The notes: generated by a model not told the origin, from the letters alone. Counted from the first letter of the stretch, positions 1 to 13,442 are shown. The stretch is 64,000 nucleotides of DNA from Mobula hypostoma (GCF_963921235.1 NC_086109.1:3226001-3290000), one strand, 5' to 3'. Translations and numbers: made by a program.

Positions 1-1006
1 ATATTCATGCATGATACAGTCTTGTTGTGTGACAGCAACAAACTCTGAACAAAGATCGATGTTTCAATCACCCCAAATTCTGAATGGCGATTTTTAAAGA
101 CTTGTTCTCTAATTACACTAATGACAAATTAGTAATCGAAGCAACAGCAGCTCACAGCGAGACTAAATCAATGTCCAGGGAAACACCACCACTGACTGAA
201 GGCCGGAGTGTTTGACAGTCTCTGAAAATTAAAAAGAACACCACAGGGTCTCCCAAACTGTCAATTGCTGTTCACAGGAAAAGACTTAGTTGTCATTTGG
301 AAAGCAGCTGATATGAGGCACTGGAATGCTGTTATCTTCCTCAGGAAGTAACAATTAAATCTACCTCGACAGAAGAAACCAAGGTCTGCTCCTATCATTA
401 GCTGTAAGGCGTGAAGGAGGCTCCAGCACAGACAGAAGGCGTGCTGCTTTTGTGTGGCAAGGACATATGTGACACCGTCATTGAAACTGCTGTAAGAAAC
501 TTCCCGTAGTGACTGAACGCTTGTCGGTTGGAAAATGGAATTCTCTCTGGAGCCATGGAACATCTGGCCTGTTGATAGTTCCATCCATATTCTCTGTTTT
601 TCTCCACTCTGCAACTGGAGGGAGGGTAAGAACTCAGACAGACGCACAGAGTGAGAATTGAGAAGTGGGCATTTGGAAATTGGACGAAAGGTGCAGTCAA
701 GTAAATAATGTCAAGACACTTCATGGCCAAAAACATTCCAAGCATTACCAATAAATCCAACCTGAGGTAAGGATGGAAGTTGAAAATGACAAGTGGATGA
801 CCACCATGAGTCTTTCTGGTGGTTCTCACCAATGCTGAGGTAACGGTTCACTCCAGATTGATATTTAAGGAAAGACAGTATCCACTGGGCATGCCAAAGG
901 CTAGGGCTCTTTCCAGTGTCCTGGCTGAGGTGTTGACTACCTGCACAACAAGGTCAGATAGGATGCTCAGCCCGACTGTCGGAGATTGGGTTCTACAGGA
1001 GTTCTG

Positions 1007-1137
1007 CCTGGAGTGGAGGAGGCTGAGAGTTGACCTTATGGTGTTTTATAAAATCACAAAGGATATAGAGAAGATGAGCGGTTACAGTCTTTTTCCCAAG
1101 GTAGGGAAGTCTAAATCCAGAGGGCACATGTTTAGGA
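1007..1137 (+). mobile_element. CR1 LINE ORF2 C-terminal fragment
   Basis: Translates as LEWRRLRVDLMVFYKI...LFP...SRGH, the CR1 ORF2 C-terminal motif; boundaries approximate. Confidence 0.75.
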
Positions 1138-1290
1138 TAACACTACTTTTAACTTGTTTAGCTCCCACTTGGAAGATTCCTTCTCATTGGAATTGTATCT
1201 ATTCTGTGCATTCTAAAAAGATATCCAATGTCTCCTACCACACTGACGAATTGATTCTTTCACCTCATTTAACCTCAGTTCACTTTATAA

Positions 1291-1681
1291 AATCATAGAA
1301 TTATATAACAAAGGAACAGGGCCTTTCATACTAATCTGTCCACATCACCTATGATGCCTAGTTACACTGATCACATTTGTTCACATTGAGCCCATGTCTC
1401 TCTACCCCTTCCCTATTAAGGTACCTGTCCAAAAGCCTGTTAAGTATTGTTGCTGTATCTGCATCCACCACCCAGTCTGACTGCTCCTTCCAGATAGCCA
1501 CCATTGTGTGAAAAACCTACTCCTCAGCTCTTCTTTACAGTTCCTCCCCTCTCACTTTAAACCTGCATCCTCTACTACTAGATAACACCGACATGAACAC
1601 AGCTATCCACCCTATCTATCTGCTTCATAATTTTATAAATGTCTAAAAGATCACCTATTAGCCTCCTCCTCTCCTGTAATC
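1291..1681 (-). mobile_element. CR1 LINE 3' end (decayed), interrupted by a hAT MITE
   Basis: CATAGAA-type tail and similarity to other CR1 3' ends in the window (e.g. 8259-8650). Confidence 0.65.
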
Positions 1682-2455
1682 CAGCGGTCCCCAACCACTG
1701 GGCCGCGGACCGGTACCAGGCAGCATGTGCTACCGGGCCGTGAGGAAACGATATGAGTCAGCTGCACCTTTCCTCATTCCCTGTCACGCACTGTTGAACT
1801 TGAACATAGGGTTGCCAACTGTCCCGTATTTGCCGGGACATCTCGTATATTGGGCTAAATTGTCTTGTCCCATACAAGACCACCCTTCTCCGGTATTTCC
1901 CCTGCTAAGGTAGAGCGTTCCTATGAAATGACGTAGAGCAAAGAAGCAATTACCATTAATTTATATGGGAAAAATTTTTGAGTGTTCCCAGATCCAAAAA
2001 ATAACCTAACAAATCATACCAAATAACACATAAAACTGAAAATAAATAACACTAACGTATAGTAAAAGCAGGAATGATAAATACACAGCCTATATAAAGC
2101 CGAAATAATGTATGTACAATATAGTCGGGAAGATGAAGGCAAAACAGATTTGTGGAAGAAAAAAATTCGGCACGTATGCGCATGCGCACAACACGTGCAC
2201 GTCACGCATGCGCACACAGGTGCCCGCGCAAGGCTTCATGGTCATGGTAGTCTTTTGGGGTAAAGTGTCCCGGGATTTGACTGCTACTTTTGTCCCTTAT
2301 TTGGGAGTGAGCAAGTTGGCAACCCTAACTGTAAAAGACATGTTGAGCTGAGTTTAACCCTACTTGAACACCCCCCCCCCACCCAGTCAGCTGGTCCACA
2401 TGAATATTGTCAATATTAAACCAGTCCACGGTGCAGAAAAGGTTGGGGACCCCTG
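1682..2455. mobile_element. Non-autonomous hAT (Charlie-like) MITE
   Basis: TIRs CAGCGGTCCCCAACC / GGTTGGGGACCCCTG; 8-bp TSD CTGTAATC at 1674-1681 and 2456-2463. Confidence 0.9.
1807..2362. mobile_element. Second hAT-type MITE nested in the first
   Basis: TIR TAGGGTTGCCAACT (1807) / AGTTGGCAACCCTA (ends 2327); 8-bp repeat CTTGAACA at 1799-1806 and 2363-2370. Confidence 0.8.
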
Positions 2456-2469
2456 CTGTAATCCATCCA

Positions 2470-2960
2470 CTCAGATGGTGACGAGGAGGCGACAGGAGTG
2501 AGGTCGGTGTCAGGAAGACCAAGCAACTGCTTGTGGACTTCCAGGAAGGGGAAGTCAGGAGGATGCACATTAGTCCTTATTGAGGGGGCAGTGGAGAAAA
2601 GAGTAAGCAGCTTCAAATTCTTGGACATCAATATTTAAAAGGGTCGTCCTGGGCCCAACACATTGATGCAATCCTGAAGAAGGCACGCCAGTAGCTTTAT
2701 TTTGTTAGGAGTTTGAGGAGTCTGGTAAGTCACCAAAGATTCCAGCAAATTTCGACGGAGCTATTGATCTATTGATGTATCGTTCTGCTCGATTCAGCTC
2801 AAACTGAATCATCAAGTCCACTGATGACACAAGAGTGGGTGGCCTCGTTGACAGTGGCAATGAGACGGCATATAGAGAGGAGGCAGACTGGCAGGTAGAA
2901 TGGTGTGAGCACAGTAACTTGAGTCTCAATGCGAACAAGACTAAAGGGATGATTGTGGAA
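2470..2960 (+). mobile_element. Rex1/Babar-like LINE RT fragments (rearranged)
   Basis: KTKQLLVDF..VSSFKFL-like and DDT-like segments matching the element at 13586-15400. Confidence 0.6.
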
Positions 2961-3029
2961 TGCTGAGAGGATCATCGTCAATTTGAGAGGGAGCAGCATA
3001 ATTCACATGTATCTGTATCCCAGTGCAGT

Positions 3030-5100
3030 AAAGGGAATTACAGAGGCGTGACAGACGAGCTTTCCCAGATGGTTTGGAGGAAGATATTGGCAGGAATGAT
3101 GGCAGAGCAGAGGTGGCTTAAGTTTCTGGGGATAGTTCACAAGGCACAGGATAGATGTGTCCCACAGAAGAAGAAATTCTCAAACGGCAGAGGTAGGCAA
3201 CTGTGACTGACAAAGGAAGTTAAAGACTGCATAAAAGCCAAGGAAAGGGCATATAAGGTAGCAAAAGTGAGTGGGAGGTTGGATGATTGGGAAGCTTTTC
3301 AAATCCAACAAAAGGCAACTAAAAACCTAAAAGGGAAAAGATGAAATCTGAGGGAAAACTAGCCTATAATATAAAACAGGATACTATACTTAAAAGTTTT
3401 TTTAGTTATATAAAGAGTAAAAGGAAAGTTGGAGTTGATATTGGACCACTGGAAAATGATGCTGGTGAGGTAGTAATGGGGGAAAAAGATATGGCAGATG
3501 AAATTAATGGGTGCTTTGCAACTGTCTTCTCTGTGAAAGACATTAGTGGTGTGCCAGAGATCCATGAGTGTCAGGGAGCAGGAGTGAGTGCTATTGCTAT
3601 TACAAAGGAAAAAGTGCTAGGTAAACTCAAAGGTCTTAAGGTGGATCAGTCACCTGGACCAGATGGACTTCATCCCAGAGTCTGAGAGAGGTTGCTGAAG
3701 AGATAACGGATGCATTGGTCATGATCTTTCAAGAATCACTTGATTCTGCCATGGTCCCAGTGGACTGGAAGATTGCAAATGTCACTCCACTCTTTAAGAA
3801 GAGAGGAAGTCAAAAGAAAGGAAATTAAAGGCCAGTTAGCCTAACCTCAGTGGCTGGGAAAGTGTTGGAGTCTATTATTAAGTCTGAGATTTCAGGGTAC
3901 TTGGAGACTAATGATAAAATAAGTCAAAGTCAACATGGTTTCGGTCAAATCTGTTAGAGTTCTTCAAGGAAGTAACAAACAAGGTGGACAAAGGAGAGGC
4001 AGTGGATGTCATTTACTTGGATTTTCAGAAGGCATTTGATAAGGTGCCACACATGAGGCTGCTTAACAATATAAAATCTCATGGCATTACAGGAAAGATA
4101 CTGACATGGATAGAGGAATGGTTGACAGGCAGGTGGCAGCAAGTGGGAATAAAAGGGGCCTTTTCTGGTTGGCTGCCAGAGACTACTGGTGACCCTCAGG
4201 GGTCCGTATTGGGACCACTACATTTCACATTATTTGTCAATGATTTGGATAATGGAATTGATGGCTTTGTGGCAATGCTTGTGGATGATACAAAGAAAGG
4301 TGGAGGGGTAGGTAGTGCTGAGGAAGCAACACAATTACAACAGGACTTGGACAAATTGGAAGTATGAGCAAAAAGGTAGCAGACGGAATAGAACGTTGGG
4401 AAATATATAATAATGCATTTTGGTAAAAGGAACAATAATGCAAACTATTAACTAAATGGGGAGAAGGTTCAAACATCAGAGATGCAAAGGGACTTGGGAG
4501 TCCTCATGCAAGGCTCCCAGAAGGTTAACTTACAGATCGAGGCTGTGGTAAAGAAGGCAAATGCAGTGTTGGCATTTGTTTCAAGGGAAATAAAATACAA
4601 AAGCAAGGAGATAATGCTGAGCCTTTATAAGACACTAGTAAGGCCGCACTTGGAGTATTGTTAACAGTTTTGAGTCCCATATCTCAGAAAGGCAGTGTTA
4701 TCATTGGAGAGAGTCAGAGGAGGTTCACGAGAAGGAACCCAGGAACGAAGGGGTTCGGCAGCTTTGGGACTGTACTCACTGGAGTTTAGAAGAATGTGTA
4801 TGGGATCTCACTGAATCCTAATGAATGTTGAAAGGACTAGCTAGGGTGGATGTGGAGAGGATGTTTCCTATCGTGGGGGTATCCAGAACTAAAGGGCACA
4901 GCCTCGAAATTGAGGCGCGACCTTTTAGAACAGAGGTAAGGAGGAATTCTTTTAGCCGGAGAATACTAAGTCTGTGGAACACTCTGCTGCGGACTGCTGT
5001 GGAGGCCAAGTCCGTGGGTATACTTAAGGAGGAAGTTGATTGTTTCCTGATGGGTCAAGGCATCAAAGGATATGACGTGAAGGCAGGTGCACGGGGTTGA
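3030..5100 (+). pseudogene. 5'-truncated CR1 LINE ORF2 (reverse transcriptase), with stops and frameshifts
   Basis: ORFs 3341-3685 (SPGPDGLHP), 3984-4367 ([26 protein letters not shown]), 4482-4664 (LVRPHLEYC), 4825-5100. Confidence 0.93.
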
Positions 5101-5519
5101 GTTTTAATCCCTATCATCAGGCAGGATTCGGACTAGAACTGTTCGGATGGGGAACAGCTACTCCCCCCAGGCAATGAGATTCCCTGCCGCCGCCCAGGTC
5201 TCATCAGTAGTGCTATACTGTTGACTTTTTAACTTGTGTCGTAAATGCACAAATTATTATTTGTTAATTTATTTGTGGTAGTATTACCTTTGTGTTGTTT
5301 GTCAGTTGTATGTACTGTGTTTTGCAGCTTTGCCTGGAGGGATGTTGTTTCATTTGGCGGTACACATGTATACAATTGAATGACAACAACCATGAGCTTG
5401 TATGGTGGAGAATATTGTGATTGATTACATCACAGCCCAGTGTGGAATCTCCAATGCACAGGATCACCAGAGGCCATAGAGATTTATGGACTCAGCCAGC
5501 CCCATCATAGACACAACCA

Positions 5520-5990
5520 AAGAGGATGAGTGGGAGGCCTTCAGAAGTAAAATAGTGAGAGTACAGAATCTATATGTTCCTGTTGGAATATAAGGCAAAG
5601 CTAACAGCGAGTCTTGGTTATCAAGAGATATTGAGGCCCTGGTTTTAAAAAAAAGGAGATGCATGTCAAATTCTGGCAGTTGGGATCAAATGAGGTGCTT
5701 GAGGAATACAGGAAATGCAAAAGAACACATAAGAGAGAGATCAGGAGGGCTGAAAGCAAATATGAGGTTTCTCTAGTGGTCAAGTTGAAGGAGAATCCCC
5801 AAGTGTCTCTATAGCTATACTTGGAACAAAATGTGTTCAAATTTAAGAGAAGTTTGGATAGGTAGATGGATAGGAGTGGTATAAAAGCCTGTGGTCTGAT
5901 AGTGTGTCGATGGGAATAAACAAAACAATTAAGCTGGCACAGATTAGATGGGCCAAAGGGCCTGTTTCTGTGCTCTGGTGTCCTATGACT
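5520..5990 (+). mobile_element. CR1 fragments (ORF2 tether region joined to a 3' UTR/tail)
   Basis: KENP-like segment and the shared tail GGGCCAAAGGGCCTGTTTCTGTGCT. Confidence 0.6.
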
Positions 5991-6445
5991 CCAGTGAAAC
6001 TACTTACATTTTCATCCATGTATACTAAAAACTCCAAGGGTGTCAGTAGCAATCTGTGGTACAGCGATGATTACAGACGTCCAGTCAAGAAAACCTCACC
6101 CCATCACCACTCTGCTTTCTTTCACCAAACCATTTCTGGATCCAATTTACCCACACAGCTTGATCCTTGTGTCTTAACCCTCTGGACCAACCTTCCATGC
6201 TGGACTTTATCAACAGCCTTAATTAGAGCATAATTAAAGACCCCACCTACTCCCAACATTCATGGCCACTTCCATCAGGCAGAAGGTAGAAAAGCCTGTA
6301 AGTACCACCAGGCTCAAGGATAGCTTTTAGCCCGCAGTTATAAAGCTGTTGAGCAGTCCCTAGTACAGTAAGATAGACCTACTGACACCCCCTTCTGATA
6401 AGCTCTGTTATTTCTCCAGTTGCACCCTATTTCATCATTTGGGGC

Positions 6446-6960
6446 TGTTCCAGGACCAGTACGCCTCCTATCCCCCCCAAGTACCGTCGAGTGTTGTTAC
6501 AGGACCAGTACACCTCCTATCCCCCCCCCAGGTACCGTCGAGTGTTGTTCCAGGACCAGTACACCTCCTATCCCCCCCAAGTACCGTCGAGTGTTGTTCC
6601 AGGACCAGTACACCTCCTATCCCCCCCAAGTACCGTCGAGTGTTGTTCCAGGACCAGTACACCTCCTATCCCCCCCAAGTACCGTCGAGTGTTGTTCCAG
6701 GACCAGTACACCTCCTATCCCCCCCAAGTACCGTCGAGTGTTGTTCCAGGACCAGTACACCTCCTATCCCCCCCAAGTACCGTCGAGTGTTGTTCCAGGA
6801 CCAGTACACCTCCTATCCCCCCCAAGTACCGTCGAGTGTTGTTCCAGGACCAGTACACCTCCTATCCCCCCCAAGTACCGTCGAGTGTTGTTACAGGACC
6901 AGTACACCTCCTATCCCCCCCAGGTACCGTCGAGTGTTGTTACAGGACCAGTACACCTCC
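6446..6960. repeat. 49-bp minisatellite, about 10.5 near-identical copies
   Basis: Unit CAGGACCAGTACACCTCCTATCCCCCCCAAGTACCGTCGAGTGTTGTTC starts at about 6451, 6500, 6551, 6600, 6649, 6698, 6747, 6796, 6845, 6894, 6943. Confidence 0.97.
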
Positions 6961-9822
6961 CGGTCCCCACCCACTGCAATGAAGTTCCTCCAGCCACAGC
7001 CATTTTCTTTAGTGCAGGGGTTGACCTGACTGGTGGCAATGTTTCCCCGATGCTTGTTGTTCTTGTTATTACCAGACTTTCCTAATGCTATAGTCAATCA
7101 AGTGCTACTGACTCGGTGCTGAAATGCTCAATAGATTGAATTCAGATCCTTGTCCAATGAATATTTTTCACCCTCAGCAAACAGCAAGCCAGCTGTAACC
7201 AATCTAAAGGATGCAGCCCGTATCCCAATCTCTTCTCAGCACTAAGGTGACAACGTGGACAGGAAGCATCGTTAGAGTTCTCCGACAGAACCTTGGCATT
7301 GTGACTTTCATGCCTACATGACCTGATATTGCTGTTGACTTATTAATGATGAGAGAATTGCTTCCTCCAGAACCTTCTGCCTCCCTTGGGTGCTTATTGT
7401 TTTTTTATGAGTAGTATTGACAGAGTCCATCACAGGCCCCCGTACCACAAGTATTAACCTGATTCTCGTTCAGCTAGGCATAATTATTTCTGTCTGTAAT
7501 AAAGGGAGTTGCTGGAGCCCTGGTGTAGTCAGACGCTACCCACGGAATGAGAACAGAGTTAATAATTCAGATGAATCACCCTTCTGTAGAGCTCTGCTTT
7601 TGTAAATCTCTCTCTCTATTAGATTATTGATTTGAGTTCCTCTTTGCAAATAACCACATATACAGACTTAGTTTATGTTTCTGTGTGCTGGTTTCCGTAA
7701 GGTTCAGACTGAAGACTTCCAGCTCAATGAGCAAGTGTTGATTGCAATACACTTGGCCCATTGATTTCTGTAAAATAAATGTTAGTTTTAATATGTTTGT
7801 GTTAATTAAATGCCAATTCTGTAGGAGTTAATCTTTCTTTATGACGCCTATGACTTCCCAATGATACAACTGAGACAAGCAATCGACAAACAATGGATAA
7901 TTATTCCGATTAATTATGAAGATTGCAGTTCTCGTGGACGTTAATGTCTTTTTCTGGTGCAGGTGCTCAGCTCAGATCACAAGTTTCTTACTCCTCCACC
8001 AAGGTTCAGTTTGGAACTCAGTGGTAGCACATCTCCGTTTGAAAAACAACAGAATTTAGTGACCTGGTGTCATCAATTCTGATCCCTATGGTTGATGAGA
8101 TTAACAGAGTCTGCAAGTTCTCCATTCTAACATGAAATATATTACACAACAATTTAAAGCGCGAGTCTGCTTGCTGTCTACATTCAGTCTGATGACGATA
8201 ATGGCCATATGTGATGTAGTGCAGTGTACCAACCTCGATGAATAGAGTTCACTTGCTTCATAGAAACATAGAAACATAGAAAACCTACAGCACAATACAG
8301 GCCCTTCAGTCCACAAAGTTGTGCCGAACATTTCCCTACCTTAGAAATTACTAAACCTCCCCATAGCCCTCTATTTTTCTAAGCTCCATGTACCTATCCA
8401 AAAGTCTCTTAAAAGACCCTATCGTATTCGCCTCCACCACCGTTGCCGGCAGCCCATTCCACACACTCACGACTCTCTGAGTAAAAAACTTACCCCTGAT
8501 GTCTCCTCTGTATCTACTCCTAAACACCTTAAACCTGAGTCCTCTTGTAGCAGCCATTTCAGCCCTGGGAAAAAGCCTCTGACTATCCACATGATCAAAG
8601 CCTCTCATCACCTTATACACCTCTGTCAGGTCACCTCATCCCCATCGCTCCAAGGAAAAAAGGCCAAGTTCACTCAACCTGTTTTCATAAGGCATGCTCC
8701 ACAATCCAGGCAACATCCTTGTAAATCTCCTCTGCACCCTTTCTATAGTTTCCACAATCTTCCTGTACTGAGGCGACCAGAACTGAGCACAGTACTCCAA
8801 GTGGGGTCTGACCAGGGTCCTACATAGCTGCAACATTACCTCTCGGCTCCTAAATTCAATCCCACGATTGATGAAGGCCAATGCACCACATGCCTCCTTA
8901 ACCACAGAGTCAACCTGTACAGCAGCTTTGAGCGTCATATGGACTCGAACCCCAAGATCTCTCTGATCCTCCACACTGCCAAGAGACTTACCATTATACT
9001 AAATTCTGTCATCATATTTGACCCACCAAAATGAACCACCTCACACTTATTTGGGTTGAACTCCATCTGCCACTTCTCAGCCCAGTTTTGCATCCTATCG
9101 ATGTCCTGCTGTAACCTCTAACAGCCTTCCACACTATCCACAACACACCCAACCTTTGTGTCATCAGCAAACTTACTAACCCATCCCTCCACTTCCTCAT
9201 CCAGGTCACTTATAAAAATCACGAAGAGGAAGGGTCCCAGAACAGATCCCTGGGGCACACCACTGCCCACCGACCTCCATGCAGAATATGATCCGTCTAC
9301 AACCACTCTTTGCCTTCTGTGGGCAAGCCAGTTCTGGATCCACAAAGAAATGTCCCCTTGGATCCCATCCCTCCTTACTTTCTCAATAAGCCTTGCATGG
9401 GGTACCTTATCAAATGCCTCACTGAAATCCATATACACTACATCTACTGCTCAATGTGTTTAGTCGCATCCTCAAAAAATTCAACCAGGCTTGTAAGGCA
9501 CGACCTGCCCTTGACAAAGCCATGCTGATTATTCCTAATCATATTATACCTCTCCAACTGTTCATAAATCCTGCCTCTCAGGATCTTTTCCATCAACTTA
9601 CCAACCACTGCAGTAACAATGACTAGTCTATAATTTCTTGGGCTATCTCTACTCCCTTTCTTGAATAAGGGAACAACATTTGCAACCCTCCAATCCTCCG
9701 GAACTTCTCCCGTCCCCATTGATGATGCAAAGATCATTACCAGAGGCTCAGCAATCTCCTCCCTCGCCTCCCACAGTCGTCTGGGGTACATCTCATCCGG
9801 TCCCAGCGACTTATCCAACTTG

Positions 9823-10433
9823 TTGGTGGAACACAGCAGGCCAAGCAGCATCTCTAGGAAGAGGTACAGTTGACATTTCGGGTCGAAAACCTTTGTCAGG
9901 ACTAACTGAAAGAAGAGGTAGTAAGAGATTTAAAAGTGGGAGAGGGAGGGTGAGATCTGAAATGATAGAAGACAGGAGGGGGAGGGATGAGGCTAAGAGT
10001 TGGAAATTTGATTGGCAAAAGGGATACAGAGCTTTTTTTTCTTCTTTCTCTTTTTTCTCTCTCTGTCCCTCTCACCAACACTCCTTGCCTGCTCTCCATC
10101 TTCCTCTGGGCTCCCCTCTCCCTTTCTATTTCCCTAGGCCTCCCGGCCCATGATCCTCCCCCTTCTCCAGCTCTGTATCCCTTTTGCCAATCAACATTCA
10201 AGGTCTTAGCTCCATCCCTCCCCCTCTTGTCTTCTCCTATCATTTCAGACCTCCCCTCTCCCTCCCACTTTCAAATCTCTTACTATCTCTTCTTTCAGTT
10301 AGTCCTGACGAAGGGTCTCGGCCCAAAACGTCGACTGTACTTCTTCCTATAGATGCTGCCTGGCCTGCTGCGTTCACCAGCATTTTGTGTGTTGCTTGAA
10401 TTTCCGGCATCTGCAGATTTTCTCGTGTTTGCA
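9823..10433 (+). mobile_element. Penelope-like element 3' end with inverted pseudo-LTR arrangement
   Basis: About 9823-10031 is the reverse complement of about 10171-10381; hammerhead-like motifs in both arms; 14-bp TSD ACTTATCCAACTTG (9809-9822, 10434-10447). Confidence 0.88.
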
Positions 10434-10723
10434 ACTTATCCAACTTGATGTTTTCCAAAAACTCCAGCACATCTTCTTTCTTAATGTCTATATGCTCAAT
10501 CTTTTTGGTCTGCTGCAAGTCGTCACAACAATCACCAAGATCCTTTTCCATAGTGAATACTGAAGTAAAGTATTCATTAAGTACCTCTGCTATCTCCTCA
10601 GGTTCCAGACACACTTTCCCACCGTCACAGTTGACAGGTCCTATTCTTTCACGTCTTATCCTTTTGCTCTTCACATACTTGTAGAATGCCTTGGGATTTT
10701 CCTTAATCCTGCCCGCCAAGGCC

Positions 10724-11117
10724 TAGAAGAATGAGGGGAGATTTGATAGAGGTATATAAAATTATGATGGGTATAGATAGAGTGAATGCAAGCAGGCTTT
10801 TTCCACTGAGGCAAGGGGAGAAAAAACCCAGAGGACATGGGTTAAGGGTGAGGGGGGAAAAGTTTAAAGGGAACATTAGGGGGGGCTTCTTCACACACAG
10901 AGTGGTGGGAGTATGGAATGAGCTGCCAGACAAGGTGGTAAATGCGAGTTCTTTTTTAACATTTAAGAATAAATTGGACAGATACATGGATGGGAGGTGT
11001 ACGGAGGAATATGGTCCGTGTGCAGGTCAGTGGGACTAGGCAGAAAATGGTTCGGCACAGCCAAGAAGGGCCAAAGGGCCTGTTTCTGTGCTGTAGTTTC
11101 TATGGTTCTATGGTTCT
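10724..11117 (+). mobile_element. CR1 3' end inserted antisense into the larger CR1
   Basis: RGDLIEVYKIM...WNELP ORF plus (TTCTATGG)n tail; the host GHEKALAG codons are split across the insert. Confidence 0.88.
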
Positions 11118-13069
11118 CATGGCCCCTTCTGGCTCTCCTAGTTTCCTTCTTAAGCTCCTTCCCGTTAGCCTTATAATCTTCTAGATCTCTAACATTACCT
11201 AGCTCTCTGAACCTTTCATGAGTTTTTCTTTTCTTCTTGACTAGATCTATAACAGCCTTTGAACAGCATGGTTCCTGTACCCTACCATAACTTCCCTGTC
11301 TCATTGGAACATTAGAATTCCACACAAATATCCCCTGAATATTTGCCACATATCTTCCGTACCTTTCCCTGAGAACATCTGTTCCCAATTTAAACTTCCA
11401 GGTTCCTGCCTGATAGCCTCATAATTCCCTTTACTCCAATTAAATGCTTTTCTAACTTGTCTGTTCTTAACTCTCTCCAATACTATTGCAAAGGAGATAG
11501 AATTTTGTTCACTATCTCCAAAATGCTCTCCCACTGAGAGATCTGACACCTGACCAGGTTCATTTCCCAATAACAAATCAAGTACAGTCTCTCCTCTTAT
11601 CTACATATTGTGTCAAGAAACCTTCCTGAACACACCTAACAAACTCCACCCCTTATAAACCCCTTGCTCTAGGGAGATGCCAATCACTATTTGGGAAATT
11701 AAAATCTCCCACCACGACAATTCTGTTATTATTACATTTTTCCAGGATCTGTTTCCCTACCTGCTCTTCGATATCCCTGTTACTATTGGGCAACCTATAA
11801 AAAACATCCAGTAGAGTTATTGACCCCTTCCTGTTGCTAACCTCCACCCACAGAGACTCCGTAGATAATCCCTCCATAATGTCCACCTCCTCTGCAGCCG
11901 TGACACTATCTCTGATCAACAGTGCCATGCCCCCACCTCTTTTGCCTCCCTCCCTGTCCTTTCTGAAACATCTAAAACCTGGCACTTGAAGTAGCCATTC
12001 CTGTCCCTGAGCCATCCAAGTCTCTGTATGGCCACCACTTCATAGCTCCAAGTACTGATCCACGCTCGAAGCTCATCCGCTTTGTTCACAATACTCCTTG
12101 CATTAAAATAGACACATCTCAAACCGTCGGTCTGAGCGCATCCCTTCTCTATCACCTGCCTATCCTCCCTCACACACTGTCTCCAAGCTTTCTCTATTTG
12201 TGAGCCAGGCGCCTCTTCCCCAGTCTCTTCAGTTCGGTTCCCACCCCCCAACAATTCTAGTTTAAATTCTCCCCAGTAGCCTTAGCAAACCTCCCCACCA
12301 GGATATTGGTCCCCCTGGGATTCAAGTACAACCCATCCTTTTTGTACAGGTCACACCTGCTCCAAAAGAGGTCCCAATGATCCAGAAATCTGAATCCCTG
12401 CCCCCTGCTCCAATCCCTCAGCCACTCATTTATCCTCCACCTCACTCTATTCCTGTACTCACTGTCACATGGCACAGGCAGTAATCCTGCGATTACTACC
12501 TTTGAGGTCCTGCTTGTCAACTTCCTTCCTAACCCCCTGTAGTCCGTTTTCAGGACCTTCCTTTCCCTACCTACGTCATTGGTACCAATAGGTACCACTA
12601 TCTCTGTCTGTTCTCCCTCCCACTGCAGGATATCGGAGGTGCGATCTGAAACATCCCGGACCCTGGAGGCAAATTACTATCCAAGTTTCTTTCCTGCATC
12701 CACAGAATCGCCTGTCTGACCCCCTAACTATTGAGTCCCCTATCACTGCTGCCATCCTCTTCCTTTCCCTACCCTTCTGAGCCACAGGGCTTTCATTTGA
12801 GTGATTACTGTTTATCTCGATGTCCAACCCTACGTCCCAGTCATGATAGGTGGAAACGGCCAACAGGGCTCTGGTGAAGCTGTACAGGGCAATCCCCTGC
12901 ACAGTAGATACAAAAACATTGATGAACTCCAAGAAGAGAGGTCATCTGTGGAGCTAAGGGCTGAAGAAGAAGAAGAAAGATGCTGAGCTGTTTCTTCCCA
13001 CAGCCCCACCCCAGGCAGCACAAGCCAGGCACCCATCTCTCTGTGTAAAGTTTTGTCCCGCACGACTCC

Positions 13070-13440
13070 TTTGAAATTAACCCTTTACCTTAAAAGCATG
13101 CCCTCTGATATTAGACATTTCAATACTGGGAAAAAGAAACGAGCCGTCTACTCTCTCTAAGACTCTCATAATCTTATAAAACATCCCTCAGAACTCCTTT
13201 CAACCTCTGTACTTCAGTGAAAACAGCCCAAAGCTTCTTTCACCTCTCCTTATGGCATTTACCTTCTAATAGACAGCATCCTGATAAACCCTTTCTGCAC
13301 CTTCTCCAAAGCCTCCACATCCTTCCACTGAATGCAATACTCCGGATCTGGTCTAACCAGAGTTTCAGGAAGCTGCACCATAACTTCTCAACTCCCGAAC
13401 ACTGTGCCTTGACCAGTAAAGCAATCATGCCTCACGCATA
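13070..13440 (-). mobile_element. CR1 ORF2 C-terminal fragment
   Basis: Similarity to 8500-8900 of this window. Confidence 0.6.
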
Positions 13441-13442
13441 TT

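Larger units (their letters stand above)
8259..12790 (-). mobile_element. Near full-length decayed CR1 LINE (ORF1 esterase, ORF2 endonuclease + RT, tail) with two nested insertions
   Basis: ORF1 SGNH-esterase motifs VIGDSIVRG and GTNDVG (12257-12790); endonuclease GDFNFP (11653-12015); [29 protein letters not shown] (9118-9438); (TTTCTATG)n tail near 8259-8283. Confidence 0.93.

Noticed and set aside
6446..6960. CRISPR-like array or repeat-protein CDS (ORFs 6420-7085, 6439-7029, 6491-6982)
   Set aside because: No unique spacers or cas genes; the frames are open only because the tandem unit lacks stops
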